Shown here: positions 28,601 to 40,600 of the stretch, one piece after another
Position numbering within the stretch: the stretch's first letter is position 1
Layout of the letters: every line of letters begins with the position of its first letter
From: Podarcis vaucheri
Taxonomy: Eukaryota
Assembly: GCA_965113315.1 (NCBI GenBank)
Contig: OZ220379.1
Reading direction: 5' to 3' (one strand)
DNA: 64,000 nt
Position numbers and translations under genes: made by a program
Notes under the pieces: model-generated
The model's input: the letters and a program-made list of their open reading frames with translations, nothing else
The model's database searches: none
Told to the model about the DNA's origin: nothing

Positions 28601-31600
28601 TAAACAGATAGTACTTTGCACCTGATCAGCATTTTCTTGATCCACTGCTAACTTTTCCATCAGTGCCTCAACATCCACAGATTTCTCCTTGAGGACTGGC
28701 TCCAAAGCTGATAGGTCTAATTTCATTTTATCAACAAGTACGTTTGTCTCTAATAGTTTCGTTAAGCCATTCTTCACACGATCCCGAGCCTGAGAAATAA
28801 TTCAGAAGATCATAAAGAGCTAGGATATTATTATTTTTAATGGCTAGTTATCTCAGCTGACGTCACCGGATACAAATGCCTATATGTAAAACGACTGCAC
28901 TGCAGTCTCTTGTCACTTGTGGGTAGCTTCACTAAGATCACTGGCACTGTATAATTGGAGTTGGACTCAATGGCCCTTGTGGTCTCTTCCAACTCTATGA
29001 TTCTATGATTCTATGATTCTAAGTCCTTTAGTGCGAGTGGATGATAGAGGAAATTAACAAGAAATCTCAGCCCTTGGATTTCTCATGAAGTCATACACCA
29101 TCTAGGCCTGGGGTGAAAAAAGCAAATGCTAAAGGCATTTCTTATAAGGGAAAGAAGGATCCAACATGTATGCTATTTTTACAAGAGAGAAGTAAAATGA
29201 CATTAAAGGGAAAGAAGGCATAGATTCTCACTAATAAAATTCAACCTACTGAAACAAGCTGCTTCCTTTTTTCGCCCAGCATGGTTAAATAAAGGTTGAT
29301 TAACTCTAAATAGGAAGTGGGTGTTGTGTAGTAGCGCCGTCGGAGCTCAGCATAGTACTGCTCTGCCATTTCTGTCACACTCATGTGAATGTCTACGCAC
29401 ATTCGGGAAAGTTTTTCTTTCATGCGTTCACTTCCAAGGTCAATGTGCAGGAAAAAAGTCCTTGATACAGAATTAAGTGCTTCTCTGGGCCACTGGAAAA
29501 AAGATAAAAAGATTACCGAGATAATCTTACGCCAGTTATACATTCAGTGCCTCTGGCATTTTCCATCAGGGTTTTGGTGGTGTTTATCTCCCTGCCCCAC
29601 TCCCCAAAATGACTGCAATATTAGAGGTGCTTTACATTCTAGCAGCTTTGAACAGTAAGGTAAATGTAAAGGGACCCCTGACCATTAGGTCCAGTTGTGA
29701 CTGACTCTGGGGTTGCGGCGCTCATCTCGCTTTATTGGCCGAGGGAGCTGGTGTACAACTTCCGGGTCATGTGGCCAACATGACAAAGCTGCTTCTGGCT
29801 AACCAGAGCAGCACACGAAAGCACCGTTTACCTTCCCGCTGGAGCGGTATCTACTTATCTACTTGCACTATGATGTGCTTTCAAACTGCTAGGTTGGCAG
29901 GAGCAGTGACCGAGCAACGGGAGCTCACCCCGTCATGGGGATTCGAACCTCTGACCTTCTGATCGGCAAGTCCTAGGCTCTGTGGTTTAACCCACAGTGC
30001 CACCTGCGTCCCGCTTTGAACAGAGCTGAGACTAAAAGACTGTGTGGGCGCCAGAAGACAGAGTTGCAAGCTAGCACAACATGTAAGACAATAGAGCAAC
30101 ATGTTTACTGCTTACATGACATGAAAATTAAAGTGTGTGCCTTACTTATTGTTTCCATGCTTTTTGGTGTGTGGGTTAATTTCTGTCATGCCTCTTTTAA
30201 ACCAAAACCTTTTCTATTCTAGAATTCGGATCACATTTCAAACCCTCTACATTCATTTATCTTGTTGCAGCCTTTCAATGGGTAGGTCAGTCGGTCTGCC
30301 AGGCAGTCTGATCATTTCCACATTGGCTATGAGGGCTGAGGTTAAATCCCACTAGTGAATTTATGACTGAAAGTTGAGGTTCAAACCAGGGGTTTCCTGA
30401 TTTGTAGCTCTGTCTCTTAGACTCAGCATTGCAACTTCGACTGGTACTGAAATTTTGTGGAGGTCGTTGTTGAAGGAAAACATTTCAATAGAACGAAACG
30501 AGCCATTTCAATCAAATATAACAATTCTGCATCAGCTGGACTTCTCGATAAAACTGAAATTAGTTACCTGCACAAACCAATCAATAGTGCAGCAGTTCAC
30601 AAGTGATGGAAACATTCGACAGCGTGCTCGAAAAGCATCTCCTACAGGGCTCATGCACAGAACAATATGTAGCTTCTGGCGAACTCGATTAATGAAGAAC
30701 TGAAATACCTGAGAAAAGGCAGTCATGAATGTTAATTCAAGGATAAGAAGAAAGCACAGCAGTAATTAGGTTGTTAGCACAAATAAAATTGAGGACACTC
30801 ATAAACTGTAAAAAGCTGTGGGTTGGGTGACTTTATGGGCTATTTCCATATCTAACCCATGAGTTTAATCTCTGATACAGGATAAGAACAGCAGCAACAG
30901 GGAAATGTCCTCTTCTTTTCGTAGCTGAATTTTACAGATGTAAGAATATGTAGTTATTTAAATACTGTCGCTGTCCCCTCCAAAAAAGTTAATATAATGC
31001 ATTTAAGGTAGTATTTATAATGCGTCCTACCTCATCTCTGTTGCCCTCTGGTATACCAGCTTCTTTTGCTTTGGGTCGGGTAGCCGCCATAACAAACTCC
31101 AGCTCGTCTTTTTCAAACAGATTAGGCACCTCTCCAGAATTCAAAATGTTGTTTATATCTTCGAGAAATTCCTCTACAACAATCTACAGATTTTGTAAAT
31201 ATCAGTTTTGAAGAAAAGGTGTTGCAGAGTTAAAAACAGCAAGTCCGCCATCAGAAATTAAAAGTATCAGCAAATCACTAAAAAAAAAACCCTATTATTT
31301 GCTCTAAAATTAGAATATAAGAAAAGTCTGTCCCAAATATTTTAATGTTCAATTTCACTGGATGATCCCACGTTCAAGTATTATGAGGCAACGAAGGATA
31401 CTTTTTTGTCCACTTTCCACACCTCATTTTATATACCTCCTCTTACTCTCCCCGCCTTTCTTTCCCTAAATTAAAAAGCTCCAGATGCTATCATCTTTTC
31501 TCATAGGGGAGTTGCTCCAGGTCAGTGATCATTTTGGTTGGCTTTTTCCTGCATCTTTTCCAATTGGTATCATCTCCACTTGGCTGATGGGAGTGCACAG

Positions 31601-34600
31601 GACCCTGACTAACAAAACTGGGCCTGGAATGCAGTGGGTTGAAGTGCAGCGGCAGATTCACTGCTGCATTCAAAGGCTGGCCTGCTAGCTCACGCTGAGT
31701 TGGGCAGGTTGGGGGAAAGGGGAGTTATTCAAAAACTGTGATATGCTATTTCTAGGCTGGTGAAGTTGAGCGCTCCAAGGACAAGGCCTCTAAGCAGATC
31801 AGAGAGGCTTTGTTTGGGTACACAGTGCATTCAAAGATGGCAGCAGCTCTGTGCCTTATTTGGGGCTTTCCCAGTAGCTACTGCCTGCTGGACAACCACC
31901 GCCAGCTTTCCACAGGATTGCATAATGCTGGGGGCTGCACTGTGGATTTTCACACCCGTTTCCATATATCCCATGATTTTTCTTTAACCAAGCCTGTTTC
32001 TCACTTGAGCTGCTACTGAACTTTTGACTTAATTGGTACCCAGAGTTCCTCAAATCTGGGTAGTCCCTGCAATGAGCTTTTCACAGCCTGAACAATCTCT
32101 CAAGGTGCCATATCTAATTAACAACCGCTTTGTGATATCTATCACCTGTAAATATTGAAGGAAGGAAACCTGAACTAATTTAGTGTCGCCAGTCTCATGA
32201 TGGGGAATGCTCTTAGACCAGCAGAGATTTAGCAGGCATTTCATGAAGAGCTTCTGAGGCCATCAGGCCTACACGGGAATTTAAACTTTCTTAATTAGCA
32301 AGTCATTTTTTATGATCATTCTGTGGTTTTATTACTACGCTGTCAAACAGGGCAATCCTACTCACATGCACACAGAACCAAGTCCTATTGTGGAATTCAA
32401 CATCACACTTCTACTAGTGTTCTGACTGAGCAACCATATCAGCTTGCCAGATGGCATGATCCCCCCATTCCCTCACACGTACATTGCTCTGGGGGTTCTC
32501 CTGACTTGCCGACCCAATTTAGTGGGGCTGCAGGGGGTGGGGGGAGGTGGGAAGCTGTCACAAAGGGCTTCTGCTGATGGGCTTGTTAGGTGAATCCTGC
32601 CCACAGAAGCTTAATCCCACATCCTTCCAACACCCAGTACTAAGGGTGAAAATCCCCTTAATTACTATGTGGCAGTAAGTGATCATTTCTGGCTCCTGCT
32701 GTTCCTCCTGCCAACCTCCTTTCTGTCTCCTGCTGTTCATCTAAGGCTGTGATGTACTCACAAGGCAGCTTAGAGAATAAAGAAATAAGAGCCAGCAAAA
32801 ACCACAAATAAAAATAATAAAATTGCATGCAAACATTTTAGCAATCAAAAATGTTGTAAAGCATTTTAATAAAAAGCTTCAGATATCTTCCTTAAAAATG
32901 TTTCCTGTTTCTATGAGTTATTTGACCTTTAGTTATTTTATGAAGCTTATTATTCCCTTTCTGAATCATTTTGGTTGTATAAACAACACTGTATAAATCA
33001 GGTAGCATTTTATTACCCAGATAAGATTTTAGCAGCAAGCACAAAGTGAATTTGATTTTTATTTCAGCTGTTCATACCTGTGTGTCTGTGAAAAGGAAAA
33101 CCATATCTTTGTCTTCCACCCCTGCCATTTTATATAGCTTCCTAAGGTCATCGTGAAAAGTGTCGTAATTATAACCACGGCTTAGTTCTATTTGAAAGCA
33201 TTTGTAGCCACATATGTGAGAGGCGAGTCTAGTTAGAGACTGCTTGCCCGTGCCTCCAACTCCAACAAGAAGGGCATTTCCTCTTTCCTGGCGAATCATT
33301 CGAGCAATTCTGTGGGGGAAATTGAACATAAATTTGAAATGGTTAGCATTCATTTGAGCAAGAGATATAAGCAAGAAGCCTTTTCCCACTACCTTCCTCA
33401 TTTACTGCCATCTTACTAAAGCAGCACAGCAGTGGTTTCTTTTCATTCTGGAAATCCACCTTCATGCCTACGAAAAGGAGGGCCTCCAGCAATAAAGAGT
33501 CTTCCCTTTGCCATTCTGAACTTAAGCAATGGGCTCATTATACTCAGTCACACCGACATTTCTATCTATGTTTTAGAGACCCAAACGACATACGTACTTC
33601 ATGCCCACCGGGACAATTCCCAGATCTACACACTACACCAGAACTCCTTGCTGAGGAGGAGCCTATTGTGCAGGTACCTCTCCAGCCCAAGGAGGTCGCA
33701 ATGCCCTTCTCTTGAAAACTCCAGCACAGAAGTCATTGTATGACCACATCTTCTCCTGCTGCATTGCAGCCAATGAATCCGAAAGCAGAATGCACCCTTT
33801 CAGATGAACAGGCTCCTTTCATGGAAGGTACAGTTAGCAACTACAGTGGTACCTTGGGCTACATATGCTTCAGGTTACAGACTCTGCTAACCCAGAAATA
33901 GTACCTCGGGTTAAGAACTTTGCTTCAGTATGAGGACGGAAATCGTGCTCCGGCAGCGTGGTAGCAGCGGGAGGCTCTATTAGCTAAAGTGGTGCTTCAG
34001 GTTAAGAACAGTTTCAGGTTAAGAATGGACCTCCGGAACGAATTAAGTACAGTGGTACCTCGGGTTACATACGCTTCAGGTTACAGACTCCGCTAACCCA
34101 GAAATAGTGCTTCAGGTTAAGAACTTTGCTTCAGGATGAGAACAGAAAACGTGCTCCGGCGGCGTGGCAGCAGCAGGAGGCCCCATTAGCTAAAGTGGTG
34201 CTTCAGGTTAAGAACAGTTTCAGGTTAAGAATGGACCTCCGGAACGAATTAAGTACTTAACCCGAGGTAAAACTGTATTTAAGGCTCAGTCTTAACCTGC
34301 CACTGAAATAACCCCTGAGGTCTGCTCTTATGAAGTCCCCAGCCTAAGCCCTTTGTGGAGCTGTCCAGGGTACCACTGAAGCCTTCCCCTGACTTGGCTT
34401 GCCACTGCTGAAGCACAAACCTCATTATACCCTGGGCCCTCCCAGTCCCTCTCAGTATCAAGAAAGTATAACAAGTGAATAGAAACAGAACCTATTCAGC
34501 TGACACTGACACAAAACCCCACACGTACACTATAAAAAGGAATATGTTTCGGCACACCACTCCTCCTCTCCTTCTTCCCCAACCTTATACTGTACTCAAC

Positions 34601-37600
34601 ACTAATGTCTCAAAACAAGTGTAACTGATCTGTAGAAAAGACTTTACAACTTGAAATAAGAGACATTGCACGTGCTTTTGTAAACCAAGAAAATCTTCAA
34701 TAAAAACTGTTTTTTAAAAATAAAACAAGGAACTTATTTACAGAAATGTACTTTCCACTTTATATAGGCATGCTGTCATTAGTTTATTAATATAGTATTA
34801 ACTCATTTATATTTAGGATATTTGGTTAATGGCAGTGTAATTATTTACCTTGAAACATGCTCTATAGCATCTTGGAAGAATACCAGTTTGGTTTCCTTAG
34901 CGTTGGTTATATTATAATCATCCAGATAGTCTTGCAGAACCCCCATAATCTTTTCTAGGTCAGTTAACTCTTCATAAATGCGTTCAGCTTTCTCGACTCC
35001 AATCTAAAATGAACAGATAAAAGAAAATAAGATTGTGATCAAAAGGAATGGAAATATAATGCTACCCCAGCAAATGCTGACTGTAAAAAAGCATAGCTTA
35101 ATGGTGATAGGAGTGAGTCAAAGTCAATAGAAATGTGAGCCAATTAATTATGTGAATTTTTTGCAGACTCTTGGGAAATCATTACTTCTCATGTTGGGCA
35201 TATGTGTGAATATTACAAATTAGGGAGACAATCCTTTCATCCGTGAGATCAAGCTCATGTGAGAGGAGATCCCAATCAGCCATGCTTGGGAACAAGAGAT
35301 CACACCAGCTGTTTGTTTTATTGAACCATTCCATTCCTTCCTAGACCAGTTACTTATGCTCCTTGGCGCGTGCTATTTGTACACAGGGCCTAAAGAGAAA
35401 AGTGAAAGCTGGATGCATTTGAGCTTCACACTGAAAGTCATAATTTGTGTATTTCACCTTCCAGCCACAAAAGTAAGCTATAGAGTGCTTATTGGCCAGC
35501 TTATGAGAAAGGAAAGAGGGCTCATTTACTGTGCAGCAGTGACCACCTGGGAATGGATCATGTCCAATGGTTTTTAGGCTACCGGATATTCAATTACCTC
35601 ATCTACCTGCAATCATATTATTTAAATTTAGCCTAAGATAATATTTTCAACTGGATGCTAGTAATCCCCCCCAATATATAAATTTATCAGATATATTTCT
35701 AGTTCTAACCTGTGATCCATTTACTGTAGTCAGCAACTTCTATTGTTTATAGCCAATGACCATCACAATACGAGCACAAATCACATAGCTACAAAACAAA
35801 AGACACTGCATGCACCAGACCAGGACAAATCTACAACGTCCCAAAGTTAGGAATGTTCCTTCTAGTCAGCATCCCTAGAGTCTAGCGCTTGCACTATCCA
35901 GAAAGGTTGCCCTTTTCTGACCATACTAAGAGTATGTTAAATATAACTGAAAATGTGTATTGTCTTCCTTGTGAGGAATATCTGTATGGTGGCTGCTTTT
36001 CTAAGCAATCCTCCTGGAGAGTTTACTGAGGATCATCTCCACTCCTTTGAATGACTAAAAGAAACAGACACGGGGTGTAAATATGGACAATTTTTCTGGC
36101 AAAGGTGTTTAAGGAGATAACAGAAATCACTGGGTTAAAGCTGACTGAAAGTCCAAAGGTAGCATTATTCTCAATTTACGATGGGGTGGAAGGTTCACAG
36201 GCTATGAAGGACTTGCTCACAAATTTATCGACAGCTGCATGAATTACGATAGCTAGGAAGTGGAAGGGGCAAGGCGAATATAAAATGGAAGAATAGTATA
36301 AAGAGGTGAGGGATATAGCTATTAATGATAAATTAACATGTGCTATTAAGGTAAGATGGGGAACATGCAGGAGAAATGATTTTGAGGAGACATGGAAGGT
36401 CTTTGTAGGATTTGTACTGTTAAAATGGAAAGGAGTCAAACCATCGCAAGAGGTGTTGAAATTTTGGAAGGTTGGATAGTTAGAATGGAATCAGTGGCGT
36501 AGCGTGGGGGGTGCAGGGGGGGCCGGCCGCACCGGGCGCAACATCTGGGGGTTAGGGTTAGGGGGCGCAACTCCACGGGTTAGGGGGCGCAAATCCATGG
36601 GTTAGGGGGCGCAAATTACTTGCCTTGCCCCGGGTGCTGACAACCCACGCTACGCCACTGAATGGAATGGTCTCGGGGGCGGGGTGCACATTTTAATAAT
36701 AATTTATTTACTATTATTACTTTGTTTAAAAAAATAAAAATAAAAGAAATCAACACTATCTATCCATTCATATTAATTATCATATTTTCTACAATTTATG
36801 ATTGAAATCACGTGCCACTGAGCAGTTTTCTTCCATCAAACCTCAGTTGGAGGAAATACAGTTTCACGAACACAAACCATATTTATGTAGGTAAATATTT
36901 GGTAATTAGATGTACTGAGGTTTATCTCTTAAGGCTGAAGATATTGCTCTAGGAAAGATTCCAATGCAAAGGAGCAAGAAACCCCCAACGTGTTCCTTCC
37001 ATATGCCTGTGCCACTGCCATCTGGTGACCAGCTGTTTGCTTTCTGCATTGATTTGATATGTCAGCTCTGAAGTCGGTTCAGAACCTATTGCTGAATGTG
37101 ACAGCTCCTTTTAATTTAATGGACATTTCACATCTGAGAAAACTCCATCTCCATAGCACAGATAACATTCAAGTGACTAATGTTTCTTATGAAAAATTAT
37201 CGGGCAGTCCTAACAGCCTCCACTATTTATTTATGAGTGATATCTCAGCCCCAAAACTGCTGCTGGAGGTCTAGGAATGAGGCCAGCTGAGTTGTCTGTG
37301 GCCAGCAGCAGACACACTCACTCCAGAAGCTGACAGAAGACATGGACTATTCAAATAAATATCAGATGTCAAGCTGGCTGGCTATTTTTTTCACTCTATT
37401 CAGTTAACTGATAGCAACGTTCTTGGTGCTGCTCACGTTCAAGAATTATTTGCAAGCTGTTTCCAAGGCCTCACAATACTAGTTTTTCTGAGACTCCATG
37501 GCCACCTCATGAGAAGAGAAGACTCCCTGGAAAAGACCCTGATGTTGGGAAAGATGGAGGGCACAAGGAGAAGGGGGAGACAGAGGACAAGATGGTTGGA

Positions 37601-40600
37601 CAGTGTTCTCGAAGCTACAAACATGAGTCTGACCAAACTGCGGGAGGCAGTGGAAGACGGGAGTGCCTGGCGTGCTCTGGTCCATGGGGTCACGAAGAAT
37701 CGGACACGATTAAACGACTAAACAACAACAATATAAGAAAGATGTTGTTGGCATCCATCTGTCTCAAGAGAGAATGGAGTGCGCCTCCAGGGACGAGGTC
37801 AAACCATTGCGTTAGCAGCACTGAAGTGACCTCCCCAGGGTGCAAGCCTGGGCAGGATGTGCAGAGGCCTGGGCTGCCCAGATAACAACAAGACCCCCCT
37901 CTCGACTTTGCTGATATAGCCCAAGGGAAAGCAGAGCAATATGTTTGGCACCAGCCTGGCTGCAGGAGTTGCTGGAAGGAGGTGTACAAGGCGCCATCCA
38001 ACCATCTTAGTGACTCCACTCCAGATTTGTGTAGGTTTTACTTCTTACCCTTTTCTCCTCCCAAAGATTTCCCGCAAGCCAGTGGAGGAAAGGCTTCACG
38101 TGCATCCAGGATGGGGGGGGGATGTTTTAATTCTTAGCAGTTTTTATTATATCGCACTATAATTTTTTTTTCTTTTATCAATATGGCATAAGAACTGCAC
38201 TAAATCTCACCGTAAAAATACCACCTAAATTCGCAGTGTTTCTACAGCAGAGTTCATTTACTTTACAGGTCACATTGTACCTCAAAAACAAGAGCCCAAT
38301 TTTATAGAAATCATAAAGGCATCATTCTATCCAGTTTTATTTTCTACGGATTCCTCACCTTTATGTAGTCACCAAATAAGATGGGTTTAGACACAAATGA
38401 GTCTGGATCAATAGAGACTCCAAAATATTTGCCTACAATGTAAAATAGGTGGATTAAGTTAATGGTAATTGTGCAAGCGTGAAGTATGCAGATTAAATAT
38501 ATTATATACTAGTAAAGTAAGAATCCTTACTGGCCATGTCAGATAACATGGAATAAAAATATTGTTTATCTTCGCTACAGATGAGACGGTCATGGAAAAC
38601 TCTTTGGGACTCGTGACAGAACAGCCTGAATATCTGTGCCTGGTCTCGAACTGACATGGGGCTGCATTGCAACATGCCTGCAATAGAAAAATACATTAAA
38701 AAGTGATAATATATGTAAAAAAAGCTAGAATAAATCCTTTTAAAGCAATTTTAAAATCAATACTTAAGCATGCTTGCAGAAGATTTGTTGGGTTTTAAAA
38801 CTGTTAGTGACAGCTTTTGATGTCCAATTAACACACATGTGTTCATCATTTATTGGTTGCAGCATCAAACTGTAGCTTGGTTTTATCCTTGAGTCACCCT
38901 AAATTAATCACCACAACAGAACAACATATGGTTGCAGGGGGGAGTCTAGTGATGTTGGAGAATTCTGATGAAAACAGAAAAGGGAGTGGAAATTGCCAGT
39001 GCAGTTGTACCTCCTTTGGCATCCAGGAGCCGTTCCGGAGCCCCGGACGCTCGACAAAAGGGACGCTCGACAAAGCGCCGCTCTGCACATGCGCGATTTA
39101 GTGCTTCTGTGCATGCAGCAAACCTGGAAGTAACCCGTTCCGATACTTCTGGGTTTGCCGTGGACGTTAGACAAAATGGACCCTAAATGGGGCAGACTCA
39201 AAATGTGGTACGACTGTATTTGCTTATTAGTCCCCTCTCCTGTAAGATGTAAAAAGGGTAATACTCTCTAAAATCTTAATTTTGTGTGGGATATCACCGG
39301 GGGCTATCAGCAAAGATACTTGAAGATTTGCAAAATCTGCTTATGAACTTTGCATGAAATGGGGAAAAAACCCAAGAGTTATGGGGGAGTGAGTTGTGGC
39401 TAAAAATAATTAAGAAATTGACTATCCTTCTCATCCATTAAAGGATATTTCAAGGCAGCAACATTAATGTATTTAAAAGCATGATTTCAGTCTGCTGAGT
39501 AAGATATATAAAATCATTACATAGAGAGACATTACAATGATCACCTATAAAAATAACTGGGAGAGAGAGCTGGGTTGTCAAATTCCAATAGATGTTTAGA
39601 ACTGGATTTGGAATAACATCCCCAAGCAGAAAGTCAGCACAAATTTGAAGATAATTTTTGCAAATTCTCCAATAGTATTTAGCCCCTACAAGTTTTAACC
39701 ATATTTATAGGAATGTTTGTAATACATGTTGGAGATGACAGACAGTGAATGTAGATAAGGTCCACATTTCCCAGTTTTGTCTCAAAATAAGGAATTTTTG
39801 GGTAGAAAGAATAAATGAGATTGAATTTATAACAGGTTATATTTAACCTCTTGTAAGACCCTTTGATTGTACTTAGTGTGATCTGAAGATACAGAACTGT
39901 ACTGCATCTTTTAACTGCTGGAATGTTGATCTTTGCAAAGTTAAATAAAATAAGGACTCCAACTGATGAATAATAGATTATGAAATTATGGGAAATGGTA
40001 TGCACGGTCAAACTAACTAATACGGCAAGGGTTAGAGAGGGGTGACAATATTGACATACTTATTACGTACTGGAGTAAAAGGCTCAATATAATGCACAAC
40101 CCTATGCACTTACTTTGTTGTAATACAAGTTATTTTGTTTTGTTTTAAAGTATGTGATGTACATTATGCACAATTATGATAAAATAACCTTTTGATTTTA
40201 AAAAAGGAAAGAAAAAAAAGCACATGGTGTTGAGTTAACAGCACAGCTTTACTTTTACAATTTTACTTTTACGCAGTTTACATTAGCTGTCTTCTTCTAT
40301 TTCGGTACAAGTCTATACTGCTACTACTAACTTTTCTCTATTCTCTTGAAATGACCTTTCAAAAATTCACAGTAACTCTAGAGGAATGCAATGCACTGCT
40401 TTTTCACAGCAATATGCCAAGAATAAAGTTATTTAAAGGTAAAACATAGCATGCTAACATTAGACAGTAGAGAGAAATTACTAGGGAAAATAATTTTGAC
40501 AATGTGAGCACAAAACTGGTACAGAGATTGTGCCAAGTGGAAATACTCCTTACCTTGCACACATTTTGACAAATCACGTAAATTAAACACATAATGGGAT

